DNA of 64,000 nucleotides from assembly GCA_964559915.1 (NCBI GenBank), contig CAZLJP010000002.1, positions 2,423 to 66,422 on the forward strand, written 5' to 3'. Origin of the DNA: an uncultured Candidatus Saccharibacteria bacterium. Its GTDB lineage: Bacteria > Patescibacteriota > Saccharimonadia > Saccharimonadales > JALRHH01. The notes under the pieces were generated by a model, which saw nothing but the letters and a program-made list of their open reading frames with translations, did not search any database and was not told the origin of the DNA. The position numbers were made by a program, and so were the translations under genes. Shown here piece by piece: positions 1 through 9,440 of the stretch. Positions within the stretch are counted from its first letter, which is position 1. The number at the start of each line of letters is the position of its first letter.

Positions 1-67
1 GTTACTTCCTGGCAACACCAGAGAAAACCAAGAAGAAATAACAACAGACCTATCTATCACTAACGAG

Positions 68-73
68 TATAAT
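68..73 (+). promoter_or_regulatory. -10 hexamer TATAAT 8 nt upstream of the dnaX ATG (leaderless-type promoter)
   Basis: TATAAT at 68-73, ATG at 82, no Shine-Dalgarno in the gap; the same geometry recurs at many genes in this window. Confidence 0.4.
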
Positions 74-81
74 ACTTGTAA

Positions 82-1563
82 ATGGGACAGGCACTATATC
101 GGAAATACCGTTCAAAGTCGCTGGACGAAATTATCGGCCAGCCACATATTACTACTGTATTAGCTAATGCACTGAAATCGGGCGCCATTAGTCATGCATA
201 CCTATTTTCTGGCCCTAGAGGTACTGGTAAAACCAGTATTGCCCGCATCCTGGCACACGAGATTAATCAGTTACCGTACGAAAGTGACAGTACCCACCTA
301 GATATTATAGAGATAGATGCGGCCAGTAATCGTCGCATCGACGAGATACGTGAACTACGTGAGCGAGTACACACCGCACCCACTAGCTCTAAATACAAGG
401 TATATATCATTGATGAGGTCCACATGCTGACCCGTGAGGCCTTTAATGCGCTGCTCAAAACCCTGGAGGAGCCGCCAGCACATGCTGTGTTTATTCTTGC
501 CACTACAGAGGCACACAAGCTACCAGAAACGATTGTAAGCCGCACACAACGCTTTACTTTCAAGCCTGTTGAGCAGGACAAGGTCGTAGAGCATTTGCGG
601 CACATTGCAAAGCAAGAAGGCGTAACAATATCTGATGAAGCATTAGGCCTGATTGCCGCCCATGGTGGTGGTAGTTTCCGTGATAGCATCAGTCTGCTTG
701 ATCAAATACGCGGACATGGCGATAAAGTCACAGAAACAGATGTGCAGGGTATGCTTGGCATCGCGCCGGACGCAGCTATTAATCAACTTATTTCCATACT
801 TGCCGGAGGCACGCCTGCTGATTTAATTACAGTGCTGTCTGATATGAAGCAAAACGGCTATCAGGCAGGGCAGCTTGCCAAGCAATTAGCTGGCCTCATA
901 CGAACCGATTTACTAGCTGGTATTACCAAGCTACCGAGTGAAAACTTACCTATATTACTGCATAAGCTCTTAGATGTACCGGCCAGCGCTGATCCAGAGA
1001 CTCATTTGGAGTTAGTACTACTTGATACGCTGCTTCAACGAACACCCTTGCCACAGGCGTCTCCAGAAAAAGTTGAGCCAGTCGTCGCTACAAAGCCAGT
1101 CAAATCAGTGCCCCAGCAACCCGTTGCCGAGCCAATTAAAAAACAAGAAACCCCCGAAGCCCCAGTCGAACAACCAACCAAACCAGTTGAAAAGAAAGCT
1201 ACCAAACCAGCCGTGCCCTCCTCGGATATAAGCTTATGGAATGACGTACTTAATAGTCTCAAAAAGACGCATAATACACTGTACGGTGTAGCACGTATGG
1301 CAGATGCAAGTTTTCAAGGTGATGAACTGATACTTGGCATGCGTTTTGCATTTCATCAGCGCCGCTTGAACGAAAGCAAGAACAAGCAAGTTATTAGTGA
1401 AGTTGTTAATGCACTAGCTGGACGCGATATCACCGTTACTTGTGTGCTTGTATCAGCCGGGGCTACAGATGAAGCACCAGTTGCCGGGCCAGCTCCTGCA
1501 CAAAATGAAACAATTTCAACCATAAGCAATATCTTCGGTGGCGCCGAAGTGTTAGACTCTTAG
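82..1563 (+). CDS. dnaX: DNA polymerase III subunit gamma/tau
   Basis: 493 aa; clamp-loader AAA+ N-terminus with Walker A GPRGTGKTS, DEVHML box and SRTQ sensor; Pro/Gln/Lys-rich linker followed by a tau-like C-terminus. Confidence 0.95.
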   Translation: MGQALYRKYRSKSLDEIIGQPHITTVLANALKSGAISHAYLFSGPRGTGKTSIARILAHEINQLPYESDSTHLDIIEIDAASNRRIDEIRELRERVHTAPTSSKYKVYIIDEVHMLTREAFNALLKTLEEPPAHAVFILATTEAHKLPETIVSRTQRFTFKPVEQDKVVEHLRHIAKQEGVTISDEALGLIAAHGGGSFRDSISLLDQIRGHGDKVTETDVQGMLGIAPDAAINQLISILAGGTPADLITVLSDMKQNGYQAGQLAKQLAGLIRTDLLAGITKLPSENLPILLHKLLDVPASADPETHLELVLLDTLLQRTPLPQASPEKVEPVVATKPVKSVPQQPVAEPIKKQETPEAPVEQPTKPVEKKATKPAVPSSDISLWNDVLNSLKKTHNTLYGVARMADASFQGDELILGMRFAFHQRRLNESKNKQVISEVVNALAGRDITVTCVLVSAGATDEAPVAGPAPAQNETISTISNIFGGAEVLDS

Positions 1564-1568
1564 ATACT

Positions 1569-2945
1569 ATGGATGGACAGGATAGGGTACCAGCAGGGGC
1601 AAAAATCCCTCCTCAGAACACCGATGCAGAAGCCAGTTTGCTGGGGGCAATTCTCATTGACACTGACGCAATTGTTAAAATTGCTGATACTATCCGCGCC
1701 GACGACTTTTACGAAGAAAAACACCGTCGTATTTACGAGGCAGTTGTCAGTTTATACGAAAAGCACAGCCCGATTGATGTGCTGACATTATCTGACCAAC
1801 TGCGCGGTACTGGTTTTCTAGATATCGTGGGTGGCCCGGGCTATCTGACAGAGCTAACCAACTTTGTGCCAACGGCAACACACGTAGAACAATATGCTGA
1901 TATCGTGTCACAGAAGGCGCTGCGCAGGCGGCTTATTAAAGCATCGCAGGACATTGTTGGATTCGGTTACGACGAGGGACGTAGCTTACAGGATTTGATT
2001 GAAGAGGCTGAAAGCCGGTTGTTTGAGGTCAGTAATCGACATGTCAAACAAGATGTTACGAGTATTGAAACGATTCTAACGGAAAGCTTTGACCGACTAG
2101 ACGAACTCCACAAAGATAAGGGCAAGATTCGTGGCGTGCCAACTGGCTTCCGCGATCTGGATAATATCTTGGCTGGACTACAAAAATCTGATTTGTTTAT
2201 TCTGGCTGCACGTCCATCAATGGGTAAAACAGCCCTGGCACTTAACCTGGCACACAATATAGGCACCAAGTCTGATGCAGCCGTACTGATATTTAGTCTT
2301 GAAATGAGCAAGGAGCAGCTCGTTGACCGCATGCTATCTATGCAATCTGGTGTTGACGCCTGGGCACTTCGTACCGGTAATTTGAGCGACAGTGACTTCG
2401 AGAAAATTGGTCACGCCATGGGTGCACTCTCAGAGGCGCAGATATTTATTGATGATACACCTGGTATTACCGTGAGTGACCTTCGTACCAAAGCCCGCCG
2501 TGAAGCACATTTACACCCTGTTGGACTAGTTATTGTTGACTACTTGCAGTTGATGAGCGGCAGTAGCCGATTTGGTGGTGACGGCAACCGTGTGCAAGAA
2601 ATTTCTGAGATATCCCGTGGTCTCAAGGCCATTGCTAGGGAACTCAATGTGCCAGTAATTGCACTGAGCCAGTTGAGCCGCTCGGTAGAAAGCCGCCATC
2701 CACAAATTCCACAGCTAGCCGACCTTCGTGAGTCAGGTTCGATTGAGCAAGATGCCGATGTCGTAGCCTTTATTTACCGCGAAGATTACTACAATAATGA
2801 AACTGACCGTAAAAATATTACTGATATCTTTATCAAAAAACATCGTAATGGGCCCACCGGGGCAGTAGAACTATACTTTGACCGTGACAAACAACGTTTC
2901 CGCACACTAGACAGCAAACACAGTACTCCGTTCGACGCACAATAA
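1569..2945 (+). CDS. dnaB: replicative DNA helicase DnaB
   Basis: 458 aa; N-terminal PPQNxDAEASLLGAIL motif, Walker A ARPSMGKTA, Walker B LVIVDYLQL, LSQLSR motif. Confidence 0.95.
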   Translation: MDGQDRVPAGAKIPPQNTDAEASLLGAILIDTDAIVKIADTIRADDFYEEKHRRIYEAVVSLYEKHSPIDVLTLSDQLRGTGFLDIVGGPGYLTELTNFVPTATHVEQYADIVSQKALRRRLIKASQDIVGFGYDEGRSLQDLIEEAESRLFEVSNRHVKQDVTSIETILTESFDRLDELHKDKGKIRGVPTGFRDLDNILAGLQKSDLFILAARPSMGKTALALNLAHNIGTKSDAAVLIFSLEMSKEQLVDRMLSMQSGVDAWALRTGNLSDSDFEKIGHAMGALSEAQIFIDDTPGITVSDLRTKARREAHLHPVGLVIVDYLQLMSGSSRFGGDGNRVQEISEISRGLKAIARELNVPVIALSQLSRSVESRHPQIPQLADLRESGSIEQDADVVAFIYREDYYNNETDRKNITDIFIKKHRNGPTGAVELYFDRDKQRFRTLDSKHSTPFDAQ

Positions 2946-3037
2946 AACGTTATATCCTACGGATATTGCTGCAAGTACTCGTAAAATATAAGCAAGCTCC
3001 TACTTTCCTCCGTTCTTTTGCTATACTATCTATAATA

Positions 3038-4261
3038 ATGAAACTGACATTTAAGCGGGTGAGGGCGTTTTTCTTAGATAACTGGGCGCTGGGATTATTA
3101 ATCGCAGGTGGTGCGGCCATAGCCTCTTTTCTGCTGCTTTTCAGGCTCGGTAGCTTAGTCCAGGGCCTGTCAGTAGACGAGTTTGCCCTACAACAGCAGT
3201 TAGCGCACAACCAGTTTTCTCTTGGCACAATTATCCGTGACCCATTGTTCTTGCCATACTATGTGGGCTTGTATCTACTGCAGCTCACGCCATTTCATGG
3301 CCCTACGGCAGTACGTAGCATTGGGGCATTATTCGGTCTACTGGGTAGTCTTGGCTTCTTTTATGTTCTGCGGCACTGGTACACTACTAGAATTGCGTTC
3401 TTTGGTACCGCCCTGTTCGCTACGTCTGCGTGGTTTTTGCACAGTGCACGGTATGCCTCAGAAGATGCTACATATCTATTACTGCCGCTGCTGATTGCTG
3501 GTGTTATTGCACTACAAGCCCGAACACGCGCCAAACGGGCGGTGTTAGCAGTTGTGGTATTTGGTCTATTAGCGCTGTATATACCAGGTGTTATTTGGCT
3601 CATTGCCGCTGCCTTGTTCCTTAAGCGGCAAATCATTATCAGTGCTATCAAGCTGCAACCAGGCTGGTTTAATGCCATATTAGGAGTACTCACAGCTATA
3701 TTACTCAGCCCACTAGTTGTTATGCTAGCCAAGCCGTTACGAGGTAGCAGTTGGAGCCACAATATTCTTGATTTGTATGGACTACCTACGCGGCTGCCTA
3801 GTGTTGGTGACATTGCACATAACATCAAAGATACTTTCGCTGACATCTTTATATATAGCCATAACGGGCCAATTTACACAGCCGGGCACTTACCGTGGCT
3901 TGATATAGCCACCGTAGCCCTAGTCATTATTGGTGTGTATCAGTTCATCAAACACCGGGCATTAGATCGCAGCAAATTGATAGCCATTGTCGGCATTGCG
4001 AGCTTTATTTTAGTAGCCTTGGGCGGTGAAGTACCTTTGCTAGTTTTTCTGCCATTTGTATACTTAGTCGCCGTAGAAGGACTCAAGTGGCTGCTTGACA
4101 GCTGGCTCCGTGTCTTCCCACGTAACCCGTTTGCACGCAGCTTTGGCATCGTTATTATCGTACTCATTGTCGGTACAATATCTCTGTACCAGCTCAATCG
4201 ATACTTTCTAGCGTGGGGATTTAATCCTGAGACTCGCGCGGTATTCAACAAGCTGCCATAA
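3038..4261 (+). CDS. polytopic membrane glycosyltransferase, GT-C fold (GT39/GT83 ArnT/PMT-like), tentative
   Basis: About 12 predicted hydrophobic helices; DE motif (SVDEF) in the first extracytoplasmic loop. The track ORF starts at 2966, but the ATG at 3038 lies 10 nt after TATACT (3022-3027). Confidence 0.5.
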   Translation: MKLTFKRVRAFFLDNWALGLLIAGGAAIASFLLLFRLGSLVQGLSVDEFALQQQLAHNQFSLGTIIRDPLFLPYYVGLYLLQLTPFHGPTAVRSIGALFGLLGSLGFFYVLRHWYTTRIAFFGTALFATSAWFLHSARYASEDATYLLLPLLIAGVIALQARTRAKRAVLAVVVFGLLALYIPGVIWLIAAALFLKRQIIISAIKLQPGWFNAILGVLTAILLSPLVVMLAKPLRGSSWSHNILDLYGLPTRLPSVGDIAHNIKDTFADIFIYSHNGPIYTAGHLPWLDIATVALVIIGVYQFIKHRALDRSKLIAIVGIASFILVALGGEVPLLVFLPFVYLVAVEGLKWLLDSWLRVFPRNPFARSFGIVIIVLIVGTISLYQLNRYFLAWGFNPETRAVFNKLP

Positions 4262-4369
4262 ACTGCTACAATAGCTACGTTATCACAAGGGGTGAAGACA
4301 GAGGGTTGAGAAATAAAACTCTACCCTGAATCTTTTACCTCTCACCCTAATACGACTGCAAGGAGAACC

Positions 4370-4663
4370 ATGAGTAAATTTGACCAAGCAAAGATGCTAT
4401 TAAAACTGAAGAAAATGCAGAAAGAACTGCAGAAAATGACCATTGAAATAGAAAAAGGTGATGGCGCTGTAGTCGTAGAGATTACGGGTGAACAAAAGCT
4501 TAAGAAAGTACGTATTGACCCTGACTACGTAGACCTTGATGACATTGGCCAGCTGGAACGCTGGGTTGAAGATGCCGTCAAAGAAGCGATTGCTGAAAGT
4601 CAAAAGATTGCTGCAGAGAAAATGGGCCCCATGATGGGCGCACTGGGCGACCTGGGATTGTAA
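4370..4663 (+). CDS. ybaB: YbaB/EbfC family nucleoid-associated protein
   Basis: 97 aa; typical size and coiled N-terminus; conserved position between dnaX and recR; AAGGAG SD at 4360-4365. Confidence 0.85.
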   Translation: MSKFDQAKMLLKLKKMQKELQKMTIEIEKGDGAVVVEITGEQKLKKVRIDPDYVDLDDIGQLERWVEDAVKEAIAESQKIAAEKMGPMMGALGDLGL

Positions 4664-4666
4664 TTA

Positions 4667-5275
4667 ATGGCAGTACTGCCACCAGCATTAACTGAACTTA
4701 TTGAAGCACTTGGCGCTTTGCCTGGTGTTGGTCCGCGTACCGCGGAACGGTATGCCTACTATCTACTTAGGACTGATGCTGCTGTCGGCAAGCGCTTGGC
4801 ATTATCGGCCAGCACCATCCATGATAATATCGGCTACTGTAAAAAGACTTTTGCATTGGTAGAAAAGGGCAAAGAACTGTCTGACCTCTATACTAATCCA
4901 AACCGTGATAAGCAATTAATAGCGGTTGTGGCAGAGCCATTTGATATCGTGGCGATAGAGAAAACGGGCCAATTCAAAGGTACCTATCATGTGTTGGGTG
5001 GACTTGTATCGCCAATCGATGGCATTAACCCGGAGCAACTACGAATTAGTGAACTTATAGCACGTATTGATGAAGATAATGTAGAGGAAATTATATTAGC
5101 TACTAATGCCAGTGTAGAGGGTGAATCAACGGCGCTCTATATTCAACAGCAGCTTGGCGACCGCAAGGTTACTATTAGTCGTTTGGCTCGTGGCTTATCA
5201 GTGGGCGTAGACTTAGAGTACGCCGACCAAATTACCCTCGGCCGCGCCCTGTCAGAACGTACACAACTCCTATAA
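4667..5275 (+). CDS. recR: recombination protein RecR (Cys4 zinc-finger positions degenerate)
   Basis: 202 aa; HhH motif LPGVGPRTAERYAYYLL, Toprim region ILATNASVEGESTALYI; only one Cys where CxxC...CxxC is expected. Confidence 0.9.
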   Translation: MAVLPPALTELIEALGALPGVGPRTAERYAYYLLRTDAAVGKRLALSASTIHDNIGYCKKTFALVEKGKELSDLYTNPNRDKQLIAVVAEPFDIVAIEKTGQFKGTYHVLGGLVSPIDGINPEQLRISELIARIDEDNVEEIILATNASVEGESTALYIQQQLGDRKVTISRLARGLSVGVDLEYADQITLGRALSERTQLL

Positions 5276-5285
5276 ACCTGATACA

Positions 5286-6293
5286 ATGACCACAATGACT
5301 GAACAGATTAAGAATATTTTGGGCAATGTCCAGCGGATAGTTGTGCTTCAGGCCGATAACCCTGATGCGGACAGCCTTGGCAGCGCATTGGCACTTGAGG
5401 CTATTCTAAGCGAACAGGACAAGGATGTAGTCCTCTATTGTGCCGTAGACATCCCAGACTATCTTAAGTACCTGACAGGCTGGAGCCGAGTGGTGCGTGA
5501 TTTGCCCAAAGAATTCGATGCCAGCATTATCGTTGATGCATCAACTATGACCTTATTTGAAAAAGCTATAGAATCTGGCGAATTCAAGTGGCTGGCTGGC
5601 AAACCATGTATTGTATTTGATCACCATGCAGAAACAAATAATGACATAGATTTTGCTACCGTAGTACACAATCAGGACGGCGCATCATCAACTGCAGAAG
5701 TAATTTTTGATTTTGCCACGGCTGCCTACGACAACATTCCCAAAGATGCATTTGACCCCCTTATGGCTGCAATCTTAGGTGACACCCAAGGCCTAACAAA
5801 TCAGTTAGCCTCAGCCCATACCTATGAGGTTATGAGTAATCTGATAGGCGCTGGAGCTAATCGTCCTGCATTAGAAGACCAACGACGTGCTGCTAGTAAA
5901 ATGCATGAATCGATTTACCGCTATAAGGGACTTCTCATTGAGCGAACCCAGTTTGCCGCTGATAATCAAATTGCGTATGTGGCAATTCCTCACGAAGAAA
6001 TTAAAATATACAGCCCATTATATAATCCCGGGCCACTTATACAGCCCGATATGCTGCAGACCGAAGGTGTAAGAGTCGGCATCGTGTTCAAGGTATACGA
6101 TGATGGCAAAGTGACCGGCATGATACGTTGTAATGCAGATGCAGAAATAGCCAACAAGATTGCCGTACATTTTGGTGGTGGGGGTCACGGTTTTGCGGCT
6201 GGATTCAAGATTACCGATGGCCGACCATTTGATGAAATTAAATCTGAATGCATCGCCAAAACTATTGAATTACTACATACAGCCGGCAACTAG
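5286..6293 (+). CDS. DHH/DHHA1 family phosphoesterase (NrnA-like oligoribonuclease/pAp phosphatase)
   Basis: 335 aa; motifs DNPDADSLGS, VFDHHAE (DHH) and GGGHGFAAG (DHHA1). Confidence 0.8.
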   Translation: MTTMTEQIKNILGNVQRIVVLQADNPDADSLGSALALEAILSEQDKDVVLYCAVDIPDYLKYLTGWSRVVRDLPKEFDASIIVDASTMTLFEKAIESGEFKWLAGKPCIVFDHHAETNNDIDFATVVHNQDGASSTAEVIFDFATAAYDNIPKDAFDPLMAAILGDTQGLTNQLASAHTYEVMSNLIGAGANRPALEDQRRAASKMHESIYRYKGLLIERTQFAADNQIAYVAIPHEEIKIYSPLYNPGPLIQPDMLQTEGVRVGIVFKVYDDGKVTGMIRCNADAEIANKIAVHFGGGGHGFAAGFKITDGRPFDEIKSECIAKTIELLHTAGN

Positions 6294-6299
6294 ATTCGC

Positions 6300-6327
6300 T
6301 TGCAATTTGCCCATTCAATGCTATACT
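6300..6327 (+). promoter_or_regulatory. sigma-70-like promoter (TTGCAA-N16-TATACT)
   Basis: -35 at 6300-6305 and -10 at 6322-6327; an ATG follows 8 nt later at 6336. Confidence 0.45.
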
Positions 6328-6335
6328 AGCATCTT

Positions 6336-6395
6336 ATGCATACCGTAAAACACAGCCCAACAATGATGTGCTGCCGAGGGATTATCCTGCGGTAG
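6336..6395 (+). CDS. candidate leaderless 19-codon leader peptide MHTVKHSPTMMCCRGIILR with tandem Cys codons
   Basis: ATG 8 nt after the -10 box; TGC TGC at 6369-6374; stop at 6393; an intrinsic terminator follows 25 nt later; cysS is in the downstream operon. Confidence 0.3.
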   Translation: MHTVKHSPTMMCCRGIILR

Positions 6396-6419
6396 GTTTG
6401 CTGATTTATGTAATAAACA

Positions 6420-6449
6420 ACGGACCTCATCGGTCCGTTTTTGATTTTT
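6420..6449 (+). terminator. rho-independent terminator / possible attenuator
   Basis: 7-bp stem ACGGACC/GGTCCGT with a 5-nt loop, then TTTTTGATTTTT; sits 20 nt upstream of the ATG at 6469, whose SD is GAGAGGA. Confidence 0.6.
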
Positions 6450-6468
6450 AATAGAGAGGAAAATTAAA

Positions 6469-6957
6469 ATGAGTTATTCACCAGAAGCGTTTGGTACCGA
6501 AACATTACAAACCCCAGAAGAACGAGCAGAGCGTTTTGCGCGCGCTATTACAAGCCTTGTGGTTAACACTACTTTCTCTGAAGAAATGAGACTACCGGAC
6601 GACCCCAATTACACTGTTGTTCTGGATGACCCAAGGGGGCATTTCCCATTGCAACACATAAGCCCTTTAAATATTGGAGCAGAGCTTGGCTCACGCCAAA
6701 ATCGAATCTACGCGGTTAGTAGCGTTAACGATCCACGAATTGAAGAAGTTCGTAGCTTGCACAAGCTGCAAGTTGAGCTGAAACGTAGCCAGCTACCAGC
6801 TGACCAAGCACAGGCTCAGCAGTATCGTCATGTTGCACGTATTATCCAACGCAGCATTCCAAAGCCTCGCCAGTTTACGTTTAAAACAAGGACATTGGCT
6901 GACACTCTTGAAATTATTCGGCCTATAGACGACCCAAAATACTTCAATATAGGGTAA
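6469..6957 (+). CDS. hypothetical protein
   Basis: 162-aa ORF with a good SD; no family recognised. Confidence 0.55.
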   Translation: MSYSPEAFGTETLQTPEERAERFARAITSLVVNTTFSEEMRLPDDPNYTVVLDDPRGHFPLQHISPLNIGAELGSRQNRIYAVSSVNDPRIEEVRSLHKLQVELKRSQLPADQAQAQQYRHVARIIQRSIPKPRQFTFKTRTLADTLEIIRPIDDPKYFNIG

Positions 6958-6969
6958 TATATAGGGTAT

Positions 6970-8370
6970 ATGAGGCTTCATAATACCCTTACTCGCCAGC
7001 TTGATGAAGTACAGCCGCTAGAGGACAAGCATGTCCGTCTGTATACCTGTGGGTTAACGGTATATAGCCAGCCACATATCGGTAACTGGGTGGCATACAT
7101 TTACTGGGACATCCTGGTGCGCACACTTATCGATGCAGGCTACAAAGTAACTCGTGTACAGAATATAACTGATGTTGGCCATCTGACATCTGATGAAGAC
7201 GCCGGCGAGGACAAGATGCTCAAGGGCGCGCTTAAAGAAGGCATTACTGCCTGGCAAGTAGCAGAGAAGTACATCGCAATTGCTGATAATGAAGCATATA
7301 ACCAACTTGGCCTACTGCGACCGGACCATATACCTCGTGCAACCGAGTACATACCGCAACAGATTGCATTCGTAAAAGAACTCGATAAAAAAGGGTTCAC
7401 TTATGTTATTGATGACGGTGTCTATTTTGATACATCAAAGCTCAAAAATTACGGCGCATTAGCCAGGCTTGATATTGACGGTCTGCAATTTGGTGCCCGC
7501 GTAGCTGATACGGGCAAAAAGAACCCAACAGACTTTGCTGTCTGGAAGTTCAGCGACCCAGCCGAAAAGCGTGATATGGAATGGGAAAGCCCATGGGGCA
7601 CAGGTTTTCCGGGCTGGCATCTTGAGTGTTCTGTGATGGCACGTGAGCTATTAGGCGACCAAATCGACATACATACGGGCGGCATTGACCACATACCAGT
7701 GCACCATACCAATGAGATAGCACAGACAGAGGCTGTCACGGGTAAACAATTCAGCAAGTATTGGGTACATGCCAATCATATTAAGGTTAACGGAGAAAAG
7801 ATGTCCAAATCATTGGGCAATATTTATACTCTCAAAGATATCCAGGATAAGGGTTTTGATATTCAAGCCTTCAAGCTGCTGGTTCTCAGCAAGCATTACG
7901 GCACTGAAGGTAACTTTACGTGGGAGATTCTAGAAGCTGCCCAGAACCGCCTGAATAGCTACCACGCTATGGCCGACCAACAATGGCAAGTGACTGATTC
8001 CGGTACGGTAACCGATGCTCATATTAGCGAGGCCAAAGAGGCTATTCGTAACGCATTACGGGACAATCTGAACACTCCTGAAGCTCTTGCCACCCTGAGC
8101 AAGCTAGAAGGGGCTATTGACACCGGTGGTATTAGCACGCGTAGTCAAGGAGCGTACCTAGTGTTTTTAAAGTGGCTCGATGATGTACTGGGTCTGCAGT
8201 TAGCAACACGCCAAGACATAACCAAAGACCAACAAATTCTTCTGGCAGAGCGCCAAGAAGCCCGAGATGCCAAGAATTGGGAAATATCAGACCGTCTACG
8301 CGACCAACTCAAAGACCAGGGCATAGAGCTAAACGACACACCCCACGGCCAAATTTGGTCCCGCGCTTAA
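6970..8370 (+). CDS. cysS: cysteine--tRNA ligase
   Basis: 466 aa; class I signatures HIGN (PHIGNW) and KMSKS; WHLEC zinc/cysteine-binding motif. Confidence 0.95.
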   Translation: MRLHNTLTRQLDEVQPLEDKHVRLYTCGLTVYSQPHIGNWVAYIYWDILVRTLIDAGYKVTRVQNITDVGHLTSDEDAGEDKMLKGALKEGITAWQVAEKYIAIADNEAYNQLGLLRPDHIPRATEYIPQQIAFVKELDKKGFTYVIDDGVYFDTSKLKNYGALARLDIDGLQFGARVADTGKKNPTDFAVWKFSDPAEKRDMEWESPWGTGFPGWHLECSVMARELLGDQIDIHTGGIDHIPVHHTNEIAQTEAVTGKQFSKYWVHANHIKVNGEKMSKSLGNIYTLKDIQDKGFDIQAFKLLVLSKHYGTEGNFTWEILEAAQNRLNSYHAMADQQWQVTDSGTVTDAHISEAKEAIRNALRDNLNTPEALATLSKLEGAIDTGGISTRSQGAYLVFLKWLDDVLGLQLATRQDITKDQQILLAERQEARDAKNWEISDRLRDQLKDQGIELNDTPHGQIWSRA

Positions 8371-9440
8371 GACTTGGCGGGTAATAGATTCTTGTGGTGT
8401 AGGTAGTCAACTATCAGAATACGAATTGAGCCTGCTAATGGGATAGCTACCAAACCGCCAAGTAGGCCACCAAAGCTTACGCCAACAATAACCGAGGCAA
8501 AGACCAACAGTGGTGACATATTAGTAGAATTCGACTGAATACGCGGCTGAATAACATAGTTCTCTATCTGTTGGTACAGAATGTAATAGGCCAATACTAT
8601 AAGAGCCGCGACAGGTGAAGTAAACAGCGCTACCAAACTAACAATAACTGCACCGATGGTGTGTCCAACCATAGGAATAAGTCCACAGATAAACACAATA
8701 ACCATCAATGCCACAGGATAGCCTACACCAAGAATTAACAGAGGCACTAGAATCATAACCGCAGCAATGGCCGCCAACAGCACCTGGCCGTTTACAAAGC
8801 CCTTTACCACACGGTACATAGCTTCTGCCAGCTTTTCGGCATGGTCACGCTTGGCCTTGGGTAGCATGTTCTTACTAAGGCCGAGCCAATGCGGCCCTTC
8901 AATAAGCATCATAAAGGTCAGTACAAGAATAGTAAGCATTGAGAAAATACTGCCTGATACTTTACTAACACCGCTCACCGCGCTGCCGCTGACATTCTTA
9001 AGCCTATCAGATAGCTGTGAAGAGAATTTATCTACTTGGTCTTCGAGATTATACTTACGCACAAATTTACCAAGCCCAGTGTCTTCGCTTCTGACGTCTT
9101 GAACGATATCCGGTGCTGCTTTGATAAAGTTATTGGTCTGACGAACCAGCGGTGGTACTAAGCTAGCGATAAACCCAACTAAAAATACAATCACAATCAG
9201 GAACGAAATAGTGGTGCCGAGTTTACGGCTCCCGCGTCGTTTGCCAGGTAGATGCTCGGCAATCCAATGCACTGGCGCATTGAGTGCTAAAGCCAGGAAG
9301 AAAGCAGAAAATATCAATATAAGTGCATGAGTGGCTTTGCTAAGAGCAGTCAAGAAAAGGAGCCACACCAGAACAATAGCCAACACGCGAATAACAGTTT
9401 TAGATGAAACGGTGATTTCTTGAGGGGCTGTTTTGCTCAT
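8367..9440 (-). CDS. AI-2E family transporter (PerM/YhhT-like permease)
   Basis: 357 aa; about 8 TM segments with a large central loop; typical C-terminal GGLxGxxxxP pattern; 4-nt overlap with the upstream GT4 gene. Confidence 0.75.
   Translation of the reverse strand: MSKTAPQEITVSSKTVIRVLAIVLVWLLFLTALSKATHALILIFSAFFLALALNAPVHWIAEHLPGKRRGSRKLGTTISFLIVIVFLVGFIASLVPPLVRQTNNFIKAAPDIVQDVRSEDTGLGKFVRKYNLEDQVDKFSSQLSDRLKNVSGSAVSGVSKVSGSIFSMLTILVLTFMMLIEGPHWLGLSKNMLPKAKRDHAEKLAEAMYRVVKGFVNGQVLLAAIAAVMILVPLLILGVGYPVALMVIVFICGLIPMVGHTIGAVIVSLVALFTSPVAALIVLAYYILYQQIENYVIQPRIQSNSTNMSPLLVFASVIVGVSFGGLLGGLVAIPLAGSIRILIVDYLHHKNLLPAKS

Noticed and set aside
267-689. Numerous 60-160-codon ORFs in the supplied track lie antisense to or out of frame with strong genes. 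Examples: 267-689, 1967-2332, 3361-3846, 7449-7775, 24049-24261, 27484-27819, 28457-28930, 29410-29994, 30722-31213, 49549-49980 and 53282-53777.
   Set aside because: Each lies entirely within a longer ORF that carries clear family motifs. They have low-complexity or Ser/Arg/Cys-rich shadow composition and no start-site signals. I treat them as shadow ORFs.
1131-1150. An A-run (ATT AAA AAA CAA) in dnaX as a possible tau/gamma programmed -1 frameshift site.
   Set aside because: It contains only six A residues preceded by T, so it is not an X XXY YYZ heptamer. The -1 frame stays open for about 30 codons instead of terminating quickly as in E. coli, and there is no downstream hairpin.
4290-4347. 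An irregular 58-nt hairpin in the 5' UTR of ybaB-recR, checked as a possible SRP RNA because ffs often neighbours dnaX.
   Set aside because: It lacks the conserved domain IV sequence (GGAA tetraloop with the AGCA/GGA symmetric loop) and is too short. It is probably an ordinary UTR hairpin; I have no family match.
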